Shown piece by piece: positions 8,724 to 20,152 of a stretch of DNA of 64,000 bases. The position numbers and the translations under genes were made by a program. The stretch lies in NCBI GenBank assembly GCA_016719135.1, contig JADKAV010000021.1, positions 1,900-65,899 on the forward strand, in the 5' to 3' direction. This stretch comes from Micrococcales bacterium (GTDB lineage Bacteria; Actinomycetota; Actinomycetes; S36-B12; UBA10799). The stretch's first letter is position 1, and each line of letters starts with the position of its first letter. The notes below the pieces were generated by a model. That model searched no databases, was not told where the DNA came from, and worked only from the letters and a program-made list of their open reading frames with translations.

Positions 8724-10257
8724 GCGGGATCTGGTCGCCGCTGTTGATCGTGCCGCCCGCCTCTGGCCGGACCGGCGAGCCTGGACGTTCGACCCGGGAG
8801 AGTCTCTGACTTTCGCGGACGTCGCTCGTCGATCGGCTGGTCTGGCAGCGGCACTGGCCGAGCGCGGAATTGTGGCCGGTGACCGGGTGGCGGTGATGAT
8901 GCACAACCGGGCGGAATTCCCGCTGACGTGGCTTGCGCTCGCGCGACTGGGCGCGGCGATGGTTCCGCTGAACCCTCACTACCGGGGAGAGGACGCCGGT
9001 CACATCCTCGAGCACTCGCGGGCCGCCGCCGTGGTCACTTCGGGCGACCTCGCCGGACTTGTGCGCGAGGCACTCGGCAGCGCCGCTCTGGATGCACCTG
9101 TCCTGCATGTCGAGCAACTACCGGGTGCCGGGCTGCCGCTCGAGCAAGGCGCCACGCCACCCGAACACACGGTCGCCGCCGAGGACACCGTCAACATCCA
9201 GTACACGTCCGGTACGACCGGTCGACCCAAGGGCTGTGTGCTGTCGCACCGGTACTGGCTCGAGATCGGGAAGGGTCTCGTGGAGGGCTTCCCGCACCTG
9301 AGTTCCGAGGACACCATGCTCACCGCGCAGGCGTTCTCCTACATCGACCCGCAGTGGAACCTGGTCGCTGCGCTGATGGCGGGCGCCCACCTGGTGGTCT
9401 TGGACGCCTTCCATCCGTCCACCTTCTGGTCCAAGGTGCGTGAACACGATGTGACGTACTTCTACTGCCTGGCCGCGATGCCTTCTCTGCTGCTGAAGAT
9501 GCACCCCGACCCGCTCGACCGCTCGCACCGGGTCCGGGTCGTCCAGTGCTCGGCCATCCCTGCGTCGCGCCACCAGGAGTTGGAGCAGCGGTGGGGCGTG
9601 AAGTGGTACGAGGCGTTCGGGATGACCGAGACCGGCGCCGACTTGCGGGTGACCGACGAGGACCATGACGAACTTGTCGGCAGTGGCTGCGTCGGTGCTG
9701 CGGCGCGTGCCCGCGAGGTCCGGATCGTGGACGCCCACGACGTGTCGGTTCCTCGGGGCGAGATCGGCGAGGTGGTACTGCGCGGACCGGGTCTCATGGA
9801 CCGTTACGAGGCCGACCCGGAGGCGACCGCGGCAGCCTTCCGCGGGGGCTGGTTCCACACCGGCGACCTGGGGCGGATGGACGAGGCGGGCCGTGTGTAT
9901 CTGGTGGGGCGATTCAAGGACATGGTCCGGCGTGCCGGGGAGAACGTATCGGCCCGGGAGGTCGAGGACGTCCTGCTCACCCACGCGTCCGTCCGGCTGG
10001 CCGCCGTGGTTGCGGTCCCCGACGAACTGCGCGGCGCAGAGGTGAAGGCCTTTGTGTCCATCTCCGGCGGCTCGGAGCAGGTGATCGTGTCCGAACTGGC
10101 CGAGCACTGTGGGCAACGGCTGGCCCGGTTCAAGGTGCCGCGCTATTGGGAGGTGTGCGACGACCTGCCGATCACTGCGTCGCACCGAGTGGCCAAAACC
10201 CGCCTGGTCTCGGAGCCCGGCCGGACGTGGGACCGAGTGGATGGGGTGTGGCGATGA
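8716..10257 (+). CDS. AMP-dependent acyl-CoA synthetase/ligase
   Basis: AMP-binding motif YTSGTTGRPKG and GWFHTGDLGRMDEAGRVYLVGRFKDMV. GTG 8716 is in frame with ORF 8470..10257 and overlaps the upstream stop (GTGGCTGA). Confidence 0.85.
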   Translation: MAERDLVAAVDRAARLWPDRRAWTFDPGESLTFADVARRSAGLAAALAERGIVAGDRVAVMMHNRAEFPLTWLALARLGAAMVPLNPHYRGEDAGHILEHSRAAAVVTSGDLAGLVREALGSAALDAPVLHVEQLPGAGLPLEQGATPPEHTVAAEDTVNIQYTSGTTGRPKGCVLSHRYWLEIGKGLVEGFPHLSSEDTMLTAQAFSYIDPQWNLVAALMAGAHLVVLDAFHPSTFWSKVREHDVTYFYCLAAMPSLLLKMHPDPLDRSHRVRVVQCSAIPASRHQELEQRWGVKWYEAFGMTETGADLRVTDEDHDELVGSGCVGAAARAREVRIVDAHDVSVPRGEIGEVVLRGPGLMDRYEADPEATAAAFRGGWFHTGDLGRMDEAGRVYLVGRFKDMVRRAGENVSAREVEDVLLTHASVRLAAVVAVPDELRGAEVKAFVSISGGSEQVIVSELAEHCGQRLARFKVPRYWEVCDDLPITASHRVAKTRLVSEPGRTWDRVDGVWR

Positions 10258-10709
10258 CCGTAGAGGGACCGGCCTGTTTCCGGTACGACAGCGCAGTCTA
10301 TTTCGATGAGATGGACCCACTGGGTGTCATGCACAACTCCCGATTCGCGGTACACGTCGAACGGGCTCAGTCGGCGCTTTTCGAGCAGCTCGGTTACGGC
10401 TGGACCGACTTGTCTCAGCGGCACGAGGACATCGGCTACGTGGTCCGTGCCACCGCGATGGAGTTCACCGCGCCCGTGACCTCTCCGGGGGTCATGACCG
10501 TCGAGGTGATCGCTGTCCGCCTGGGACGGACCAGTGCTACCTGGGGGTACCGCTGCGCCGTGTCCAGTGGCGCGCAGGAGGTCCCGGTGGCGCAGGGGAC
10601 GCGGGTGGTGGTCAAGGCGGACGCATCCGGACGGCCGAACGCGTGGACCGATTCGTTCCGGGTCCTATTCGACTGGCTCGCCGCCGGGGCACAGGGGCCG
10701 CGGCCATGA
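10254..10709 (+). CDS. hotdog-fold acyl-CoA thioesterase (4HBT/YbgC-like)
   Basis: ATG 10254 overlaps the upstream TGA (ATGA). Size of about 151 aa and the N-terminal YFDEMDPLGVMHNSRF block are typical of YbgC-type thioesterases. Confidence 0.65.
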   Translation: MTVEGPACFRYDSAVYFDEMDPLGVMHNSRFAVHVERAQSALFEQLGYGWTDLSQRHEDIGYVVRATAMEFTAPVTSPGVMTVEVIAVRLGRTSATWGYRCAVSSGAQEVPVAQGTRVVVKADASGRPNAWTDSFRVLFDWLAAGAQGPRP

Positions 10710-12397
10710 GCGCCCCCGTCGCGGATCTCCTGCTGACCGACGCGACCGTCCTCACGATGGCGCCCGACGGCCTCGCACCTCGCGCGGGGGCGGTGGCGCT
10801 GCTTGGCGACCGGGTCCTGCACGTCGGCCAAGACGATGCGGGGCTGACTGCCAAACGCACGGTGTCGCTCGGTGGGCGGTGTGTCGTGCCGGGCTTCCAC
10901 GACGCCCACCAGCACATGGCCTGGTTCGGCGCCAGCCTCGATGAGATCGATCTGTCGACCCCGCCGATTCGCAATCTCGACGACGTCGCTGCCGCGGTCG
11001 CCGCTGCCAACGACACCACGCCGGCTGACCGGTGGATCGTCGGGAACGGCTACGACGAGAACAAGATCGGTGGTCATCCCGATCGCGACCTGCTCGAGCG
11101 GGCCGCGCCCGGGCGGCGGGTCCTGCTCACTCACACCTCGGGGCACATGGCCGTGGTGAGCACAGCGGTCTTGGAGGAGTTGGGCCTCTCCGAGCATGGC
11201 CGTGACGTGCCCGGTGGGACGATCGCGCTGGACGGCTCGGGGCGACCGACGGGATTGCTTCAGGAGCAGGCCCAGAACCTGCTGACACCACTGCGTCGCC
11301 CGGTCGCGGTGGACGAGGTTGCGCATGCCATCGCACGAGCCAGTGAGGTGTACATCCGGCAGGGGATCACGAGTGTGGTGGAAGCCGGCGTGGGTGGGGG
11401 CTGGATCGGGCGCACCCCGGTCGAAGCGCTGGCCTACCAGCGGGCTCGCGACGCCGGGCGCCTGGCCGTGCGCGTCGAACTCATGGTGGTGTCGCCGGTC
11501 CTGCATGCACTGCGTGGCACCGAGACCGACGACCTCGGCAACGGCATCGACCTGGGACTTCGCACCGGGTTCGGCGATGACCGCCTGCGCCTGGGGCCGG
11601 TGAAGGTCTTCTCCGACGGATCCTTGATCGGGCACACCGCCGCCATGTGTTCTGATTTCAGCGATGAGCCGGGTGTCCGCGGCTATCTGCAGGACGACGC
11701 GGACGCCCTGGTCGACACGATCATTTCCGCCCACCGCTCCGGCTGGCGGGTCGCCACCCACGCCATCGGTGATGCCGCGATCGACCTGGTGCTGGATGCG
11801 TACGAACGCTGCGTACGAGATCACCCGCGGATGGGTTGGGGCGGGCGCCCCGGCAACCTCGCGCCCCGGCATCGGATCGAGCACTTCGGCGTCGCCAGGC
11901 CTGATCAAGTGGAGCGCGCGGCGCACCTCGGCGTTGTGCCGGTGCCGCAGGGACGGTTCGTCGGCGAGATCGGTGACGGCATGCGCCGAGCACTCGGGCC
12001 GCAGCGTTCCGAGTGGGCCTACCGCCACGCGTCGCTGCTGGCGGCCGGATTGGTCGTTCCTGGCAGCAGCGACCGGCCAGTGGTCGATGGCCGACCCATG
12101 CTGGGCATCCACGACATGGTCAACCGTCGGACCGCCTCCGGTGACCTGCTTGGACCCGACGAGGTGATCAGCGCCCACGACGCGCTGCGGGCCTACACCT
12201 ACGGGTCGGCCTACGCCTCTTATGAGGAGGACCGCAAGGGGTGGATCGGGCCGGGCACGCTCGCCGACCTCGCGGTCCTGTCCGACGACCCCACGCGCGT
12301 TGAGCCGAATGCGCTGGCGGACATCGAGGTGCTCGCGACGGTGGTCGGCGGCGAGGCCGTGTGGGACGCCGGGCTGGGGATTGGAGATCCGGCATGA
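10706..12397 (+). CDS. metal-dependent amidohydrolase (YtcJ-like, Amidohydro_3)
   Basis: ATG 10706 overlaps the upstream TGA (ATGA). It has an HxH metal site (VVPGFHDAHQHM), THAIGDAAID, IEHF and GSSDRPV blocks. Intact, about 563 aa. Confidence 0.8.
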   Translation: MSAPVADLLLTDATVLTMAPDGLAPRAGAVALLGDRVLHVGQDDAGLTAKRTVSLGGRCVVPGFHDAHQHMAWFGASLDEIDLSTPPIRNLDDVAAAVAAANDTTPADRWIVGNGYDENKIGGHPDRDLLERAAPGRRVLLTHTSGHMAVVSTAVLEELGLSEHGRDVPGGTIALDGSGRPTGLLQEQAQNLLTPLRRPVAVDEVAHAIARASEVYIRQGITSVVEAGVGGGWIGRTPVEALAYQRARDAGRLAVRVELMVVSPVLHALRGTETDDLGNGIDLGLRTGFGDDRLRLGPVKVFSDGSLIGHTAAMCSDFSDEPGVRGYLQDDADALVDTIISAHRSGWRVATHAIGDAAIDLVLDAYERCVRDHPRMGWGGRPGNLAPRHRIEHFGVARPDQVERAAHLGVVPVPQGRFVGEIGDGMRRALGPQRSEWAYRHASLLAAGLVVPGSSDRPVVDGRPMLGIHDMVNRRTASGDLLGPDEVISAHDALRAYTYGSAYASYEEDRKGWIGPGTLADLAVLSDDPTRVEPNALADIEVLATVVGGEAVWDAGLGIGDPA

Positions 12398-13014
12398 CCG
12401 AGCGCGCGTTGGTGGCTTTCAGCGGGCTGGACGCCGCTCACCAGGTAGCGGTGCGCCATGTGTACGAGTCGTCGTTCCCGCTTGCCTTGCGCGCGCCGTG
12501 GGAGGAGATCGCCGCCGGCCGTCCGGACGAGCGGTTGTTGGTGCTCCTGGACGCGGGGGAGCCGGTGGGATTCGCTCTGATCCGCCACCTCGGCGACACG
12601 GCGATGTCCTTCGTCCGGTACTTCGTGGTCGATGCGCAGCGCCGTAGTGGCGGGTACGGATCGGCGCTGTTGTCGGCCTTGGTCGCCCACCTGCGCGACG
12701 CCGGCCGCTCGATGCTGCTGCTCGATGTGGAAGATCCCGACGGCCGGGCCGAGGACTCCCCGGAGCGTCGCGACGACCTGCGCCGCATCGAGTTCTACCG
12801 GCGACACGGAGTGGATCTGCTCGCGGTCCGCGACTACGCCCCGCCCGACCATGGGCAGGAGGGTGAGGAGCCGCGCCTGCTGCTGATGGGGGCCTCCCTA
12901 GGTGAATCGGACGTGGCCCTGCGTGAAGCGGTCATCGCCGTATACCGTCACCGCTACGGGCTCGGCCCCGATCATCCGGTCGTGCGGGCCACGCTGCGTT
13001 CGTCGGGTCTGTAG
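12394..13014 (+). CDS. GNAT family N-acetyltransferase
   Basis: ATG 12394 overlaps the upstream TGA (ATGA). Acetyl-CoA pocket motif QRRSGGYGSALL is present. About 206 aa. Confidence 0.75.
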   Translation: MTERALVAFSGLDAAHQVAVRHVYESSFPLALRAPWEEIAAGRPDERLLVLLDAGEPVGFALIRHLGDTAMSFVRYFVVDAQRRSGGYGSALLSALVAHLRDAGRSMLLLDVEDPDGRAEDSPERRDDLRRIEFYRRHGVDLLAVRDYAPPDHGQEGEEPRLLLMGASLGESDVALREAVIAVYRHRYGLGPDHPVVRATLRSSGL

Positions 13015-13025
13015 GCGGTGACCGT

Positions 13026-14085
13026 TCAGCCGGCGAGGCCGTCCAGCGCCGCCGCCACGAGCCGTCCAAGCGTCGGCAGGTGGTACCCACCCTCTTGGAC
13101 GGCGACCACCGGAACGCCGAGGGCGGCAACCTGCTGCGCCGCTGAACGGTACCCGTCGGCAGTCACCCGCAGCGGGCTCTCTGGGTCGTCGGCCGCGGCG
13201 TCGACCCCGAGGGACAGCACCACGGCGCCTGGGTCGAAACGGGCCACTCCCTCGACCGCGGCCTCCACCGCAGCCAGCCACTCCTGGTCGCCGGTGCCCT
13301 CGGGCAGGGGGAGATTCAGGTTCGTGCCCTGGCCTGCCCCTCGGCCGGTCTCGTCGGCGAACCCGAGGTAGTGCGGGAACCATCCGGCACCCGGATCGAC
13401 GTGGACCGACGCGACCATCACGTCGGCGCGGTCGTAGAAGATCGACTGCGTTCCGTTGGCGTGGTGCGCATCGACGTCGACCACGGCCACCCGATCGTGA
13501 CCCGCTGAACGGAGAGCCTGCGCCGCGATCGCCGCGTTGTTCAGGTAGCAGGAGCCCCCGAAGGCATCGCGCGTGACGTGGTGACCCGGCGGGCGGCAGG
13601 CGGCGTAGGCGGCGGGCATCCCCGAGTTGATCAGGTCGACAGCGCTCAGTGCCGCGTCAGCCGCGGCTCGGGCGGCGGTGTACGTACCCGGGCCGACCAG
13701 CGTCATCGTGTCGTAGCAGAAACGGCCTGCGCGGGCGTGCGCGGCCGTGGGCGTACGCAACGGAAGTCCGGACAGAAAGCCGGGCGTGGGGAACAGGTAC
13801 CCGACGACGCGGTCCTGTCCGGGGTCGTCGGGGAAGCCAGCGGCCACCCACCCGGAGTACGCATCGGCCAGGTAGTCCAGCAGCGCGGCGTCGTGGACGG
13901 CCAGTACGGGTTCGTCGCCGTGGGCGGTCGCCGGGACGAACGGGTGTCCCGCCTCGGCCAAGGGCGGCACGGATGGCCGGAAGTCTCTCGGGGGCCTCAG
14001 TCCCGGGAGTCCGGACGCCGACCCAGACCTCCCCACCCGGCACATGCAGCAGGCAGTCGTCGGACCAGACCACGGGGATCGTCAT
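13026..14085 (-). CDS. histone deacetylase-family (acetoin utilisation / acetylpolyamine amidohydrolase-like) protein; frame broken near 13957
   Basis: ORF 13026..14045 carries DVDAHHANGTQSIFYDRADVMVASVHVDP and CRPPGHH. The family-typical N-terminus MTIPVVWSDDCLLHVPGGE..PERL is in another frame (within ORF 13657..14403) and joins at ..IRAAL | AEAGHPFV. Confidence 0.8.
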
Positions 14086-15193
14086 GTGCAAACATGTTGC
14101 CACCATGCCGCCCGCCTTCCTCGCCCAGTCCTTTGGTCGCTTCCCCACGGGTCCCAGCGACTCCGTGCTCGACGTGCCCGGTGCGGGGCTGGGGCACGCG
14201 ACGATCGTCCGCGACGATGCCGACCCGCCTACGGGCAGCGGAATCGCCCGAACCGGGGTGACGGTTGTGGATCCCGGAGGCGACGTGTGGGCGAATCCAG
14301 TGCCGGCCGGAGTCGCGGTCCTCAACGGGGCGGGTGAACTGACCGGCAGCCTGCAGATCCAGGAGTGGGGGGTGACCGAGACCCCGGTCTTCCTCACCAG
14401 CACGATGCAGGTCGGCCGCGTTTACGACGCCGCCTGCCGGCTGCTGATGGTCGATCAACCCGAGATCGCGGACTCGGTCGTGATCCCGGTCGTGGGCGAG
14501 TGCGACGACTCGTGGCTGAACGACCCGCGGACGATGCATGTGAGCGACGCCGATGTGGCTGAGGCTTTGGCGCAGGCCCGATCGTCGGCCACGGAAGGAC
14601 TTCCGCCTTCTGGCAGGGCGGTCCTGAGCGGTTGCGTGGGAGCGGGGACGGGGACCGTGTGCATGGGGTGGAAGGGCGGGATCGGGACCTCGTCGCGCGT
14701 CCTGCCCGACGGCACCACCGTCGCCGTCGTGCTGCTCACCAACTTCGGTGCGCCACACCAGCTCACGATTCGGGGCCGGGTGGTGGGCGAGGAGCTCGAA
14801 GAACCGGCCTGGTGGGCGGCGCACCATCCGGAGCCGGCGGGCTCTTGCATCGGGGTGGTCGTCACCGACGCGCCGCTCGATCCGGCGACTGCCTCTCGCG
14901 TGGCGGCGCGGGTAGGCCTCGGCCTGGCGAGGTGCGGTTCCGTCGCGCATCACGGCAGTGGCGAGATCTTCTGCTGCCTGGCCACCGGTTTGCGGGCACC
15001 TCGCGGTGCGGCGTCCGATCGCGCCCCCTGGCCCGGGTCCCGGCTGGACGACCTGTTCGAGGCCACGGTGGACGCGACGGAGTCGGCGGTGTGGGACAGC
15101 CTCCTGTCGGCGACCACGACCACCGGGCGGCGTGGTTTGACCGTGCCGGCGCTGCCGAGGGGGCGGCTCGAGGCGCTCATCGGTGCGACCTGA
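14084..15193 (+). CDS. DmpA/S58 (P1) family aminopeptidase
   Basis: The 3' part of ORF 13649..15193 carries GVTVVDPGG, VAVLNGAGELTG, CVGAGTGTVCMGWKGGIGTSS and GSCIGVVVTDAPL. The start is ATG 14084 or ATG 14105. ATG 14084 would overlap the divergent deacetylase start (CATG). Confidence 0.75.
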   Translation: MCKHVATMPPAFLAQSFGRFPTGPSDSVLDVPGAGLGHATIVRDDADPPTGSGIARTGVTVVDPGGDVWANPVPAGVAVLNGAGELTGSLQIQEWGVTETPVFLTSTMQVGRVYDAACRLLMVDQPEIADSVVIPVVGECDDSWLNDPRTMHVSDADVAEALAQARSSATEGLPPSGRAVLSGCVGAGTGTVCMGWKGGIGTSSRVLPDGTTVAVVLLTNFGAPHQLTIRGRVVGEELEEPAWWAAHHPEPAGSCIGVVVTDAPLDPATASRVAARVGLGLARCGSVAHHGSGEIFCCLATGLRAPRGAASDRAPWPGSRLDDLFEATVDATESAVWDSLLSATTTTGRRGLTVPALPRGRLEALIGAT

Positions 15194-15211
15194 GCTGCCC
15201 GGCGGCGGCCT

Positions 15212-15502
15212 GACGTGGGGCGTCTGAGGACGGGAAAGCTCGGGGGCGCCGGGTCCGTCCCGGTGCGGTGGCGCGACTGGACGTGGGCGTCTTGCAGGAC
15301 GGAGGGTACCGGGGGCCGCCGACACGGTCGGCGGGGACTTTGGACGTGGTGCGTCAGTCAGTGACGTGATTTGACCAAAGTCCTGGGGGGTCAGGCGGGG
15401 GGTCAGGCTGGGGACGCGGTCGGCGGGGACTTTGGACGTGGCGCGTCAGTCGGTGACGTGATCTGACCAAAGTCGCGGGGGGTCGCGGGGGTCAGGCTGG
15501 GG
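15212..15502. repeat. intergenic repeat array: four GACG-N4/5-CGTC palindromes, the last two inside a 92-bp tandem duplication
   Basis: GACGTGGGGCGTC 15212, GACGTGGGCGTC 15280, GACGTGGTGCGTC 15343, GACGTGGCGCGTC 15435. The unit CGGTCGGCGGGGACTTTGGACGTGG...GACCAAAGTC...GGTCAGGCTGGGG occurs at 15325 and 15417. Each unit contains the GGACTTTGG / CCAAAGTCC inverted repeat. Confidence 0.8.
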
Positions 15503-15594
15503 CGTCAGTCGCGGGGCATCAGGGCAGCGGGCGCGGCAGGCGCAACCGAACGACCCACCCCCGGCAAACATTGATACAAACCGACTCATAGTTA

Positions 15595-15624
15595 TTGACA
15601 CACCAATCCCCGATCCGGCACAAT
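15595..15624 (+). promoter_or_regulatory. candidate sigma-70-type promoter of clpB (possibly giving a leaderless mRNA)
   Basis: TTGACA (15595-15600), 18-nt spacer, CACAAT (15619-15624). The clpB ATG is at 15631, i.e. about where transcription would start. There is no well-spaced Shine-Dalgarno sequence. Confidence 0.3.
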
Positions 15625-15630
15625 AGGACC

Positions 15631-18164
<2,534 letters not shown>

Positions 18165-18268
18165 GGAGGGTGCGCCGACGTTCCCGCGGCATTCGGTTGA
18201 TTCTGACCACAGACATCTGGCGCGGGCTTGGCTAGGGTTTCGCGCATGGAGCGCGCGCGCACCACGCC

Positions 18269-18300
18269 CGCACGCCATCGGCCAGACGCCGAGGCGTGCG
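18269..18300 (+). terminator. weak hairpin downstream of clpB
   Basis: CGCACGCC (18269-18276) and GGCGTGCG (18293-18300), 16-nt loop, followed by GTTTCC. No proper U-tract. Confidence 0.25.
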
Positions 18301-18334
18301 GTTTCCGTGGAAGCCAGTCGCACGTTCGCTCGAG

Positions 18335-18727
18335 ATGACGTCGACGGCGCTCGACCGACTGCAGGATGCCTGCTCGCAGTCCCCCGACGCTGAAACCGGG
18401 GGGCTTCTGATCGGCTCCGGCAGCACCTGCGCAGACGTCCGAATTCTGGCCAATAAGACTGTCGGCGATCGCCGGACCACCTATGCCGTCGACCCGGACG
18501 ATCTTCACCACGTCGAGCTCTCTTTGGGAAGCCGTCGGTCGATCGGATGGTGGCACAGCCATGTCGCCCGCTCGCCGCGACCGAGCCCGGGCGACGTGGC
18601 CGATGCGCCCTGGGCGACCTTCCAAGTCATCGTGTCGCTGGTCGCCGGAAGGGGTCTGCGGATTTCGCGGTGGTGGGTGGACCACCACGGCAGGTGGCAT
18701 GACTTGGGGGAGTTGCGGTGGCGCTGA
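18335..18727 (+). CDS. stand-alone JAB/MPN (JAMM) metallopeptidase (cluster gene A)
   Basis: Complete JAMM signature. Glu in ..DAETGGLLIG (GAA at 18392-18394). H-S-H-x7-S-x2-D in WWHSHVARSPRPSPGD (18554-18595). ATG 18335 is within ORF 18296..18727. Confidence 0.8.
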   Translation: MTSTALDRLQDACSQSPDAETGGLLIGSGSTCADVRILANKTVGDRRTTYAVDPDDLHHVELSLGSRRSIGWWHSHVARSPRPSPGDVADAPWATFQVIVSLVAGRGLRISRWWVDHHGRWHDLGELRWR

Positions 18728-19830
18728 GTCTGCTCGAGGAATGGGGGCGCGGTCTGTTCACCCTTCCCGGGATGGGCGAACGCATCCGCGGCGATCCTCC
18801 CGCCGAACCGGCCGGCGGCTGGCCGGAGGATTTCGACCCTGCTTCCCTGCCGACCCTGGCCGAGGAGGCCGTCCGGGTCGCGAGGCCTGCGATTCGAGCA
18901 CTGCTGCTGGCGGGTCACCGTCCGCTGACCGCGACCTTCGTCGGCCTGAAGGCGACCGCTGACATCGTGGTGGATATCGGCGCGCGGTCGTCGGCGTCGG
19001 TGGGTCCCGGGTCAGTGACTGGGCTCGATCCCGCCGCCTCCGTGGCAGTCAGCTTCGCAACGGTTCCGATGTTGAACGCCCGCAGCGTTTTCGAGGCGGT
19101 GTATCAAGTCGACGTGCTCGGGCCTGCCACCGACGACCGTGAGCCAGTGGAACCAACCGATGTCGACGTGGCCGGCATGAGTCTGGCCGCCGACCTCAGC
19201 GGCATCAGCGGCGACGGCTTCGAGCTGGATCTTGGCCGTGCAGAGCCCGGCAGCGTCCTGATCTGGGGGACCGGAACGGGTAGCCCGCCGCTTGCTGTCC
19301 TGACCGAATCGGTGGCGGCCTTCGTCCATCCGGTCATCGCGCGCCTGGCGAGCATTTACCAGGCCGCCGCCCCGCTGGCACCCGGTGGCACGGGTCTGTT
19401 GTGGCTGTTCGACCCCTCGACCTGGTGGTCGCCGGATTGGACGTCGGCCGATCCTCAGCGGGAGCGGGGCAAACGGGCTCTGACCAGAGTCGGCAATCGC
19501 GGGCTGACGGGAATCGGCACCGAGCTGAGCCATGCGAATTTCATCACCGGTCAGGTCGACGGCACCGGCCTTGTCAGCGGCGTGCTCACCGGTTGGTTCC
19601 CCAAAGCCAGCGCACGCAACCTGAGCCGCAAGGCCGGGCGGATGTTGCCGGTGGACGACACGATCACGCCCGAGCTGGTCGACTCCTGGTCCGACCAGTG
19701 CTGGTTGGACCACCTGCTTTCGTGGGCCAGATGGGGCGTCATACAGCCTCCGGCACTCCCGCAGGCCGACGTCGATATCGGCGCCGGCGCCGGCGACATC
19801 GACGAGATCGGTGACTGGTCACGGCCGTGA
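18718..19830 (+). CDS. hypothetical protein (cluster gene B, 370 aa)
   Basis: Intact ORF with good third-position G/C. The GTG start overlaps the JAB stop by 10 nt (GTGGCGCTGA). No motif recognised. The segment GDGFELDLGRAEPGSVLIWGTGTGSPPLAVLTESVAAFV is faintly reminiscent of SUKH/SMI1-type immunity domains (weak). Confidence 0.65.
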   Translation: MALSLLEEWGRGLFTLPGMGERIRGDPPAEPAGGWPEDFDPASLPTLAEEAVRVARPAIRALLLAGHRPLTATFVGLKATADIVVDIGARSSASVGPGSVTGLDPAASVAVSFATVPMLNARSVFEAVYQVDVLGPATDDREPVEPTDVDVAGMSLAADLSGISGDGFELDLGRAEPGSVLIWGTGTGSPPLAVLTESVAAFVHPVIARLASIYQAAAPLAPGGTGLLWLFDPSTWWSPDWTSADPQRERGKRALTRVGNRGLTGIGTELSHANFITGQVDGTGLVSGVLTGWFPKASARNLSRKAGRMLPVDDTITPELVDSWSDQCWLDHLLSWARWGVIQPPALPQADVDIGAGAGDIDEIGDWSRP

Positions 19831-20152
19831 TGAACGCGGACCGGTCCCAGGTCGCCTAGCCGTCACCGGCGACAGCGAACTCGTCGCTTGGCTCATCAAC
19901 CGCTGGCACGGCGTGCAGACGATCGAGGACGCCGTCTGCTGGGAACTGATCCGCAAGGACGATGACAAGGACGAGTTGCTGGTGGTCGCCGCGCCGGGGG
20001 TGCAGATCAGCGTGCCGCAGGACCCCAATCCGTGGTGGGAATGGACCATCGTCAGGGTGCAGGACCCGGCGCTCGTGCCGAACTGGGGCGAGCGCATCAT
20101 GCTCGACGTCCTGCTCCCTTCCCGATCGCCCTTGAGCCGCGCCCGGACTTGA
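19811..20152 (+). CDS. hypothetical protein segment C (probably the N-terminal part of one C-D-E protein)
   Basis: ORF 19811..20152 (..DSELVAWLINRWHGVQTIEDAVCWELIRKDDDKDELLVVAAPG..). The last ~10 codons look out-of-frame, while the +2 frame continues sensibly (..LLPFPIALEPRPDLNSWPSNKPPDLDPDNPTPTPVDP..) from ~20120. Alternative start: ATG 19830 (TGATG overlap with B) plus a shift at ~19857. Confidence 0.5.
   Translation: MTGHGRDERGPVPGRLAVTGDSELVAWLINRWHGVQTIEDAVCWELIRKDDDKDELLVVAAPGVQISVPQDPNPWWEWTIVRVQDPALVPNWGERIMLDVLLPSRSPLSRART

Noticed and set aside
10436-12178. 580-aa ORF on the minus strand
   Set aside because: It is an antisense shadow of the amidohydrolase gene, which has clear HxH and family motifs. 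The product is Arg/Gly/Pro/Ala-rich with no motif, as is typical of long spurious ORFs in very GC-rich DNA.
15520-15630. HspR HAIR operator (CTTGAGT-N7-ACTCAAG) upstream of clpB
   Set aside because: I looked for it and found no acceptable match. Only a TTGACA/CACAAT promoter-like pair is present.
18165-18334. Genomic-island borders for the 18.3-34.4 kb cluster (att-like direct repeats, integrase, tRNA)
   Set aside because: The only shared string between the two flanks (18165-18334 and 34374-34495) is an 8-mer (GGCCAGAC), which is compatible with chance. There is no integrase, transposase or tRNA. Horizontal origin can be neither supported nor excluded from this window.
18335-19830. Mec+/CysO/CysM-type sulfur-carrier module headed by the JAB gene
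   Set aside because: No ~90-aa ThiS/MoaD-like ORF ending in GG and no cysteine synthase follows. The next gene is a 370-aa unknown.
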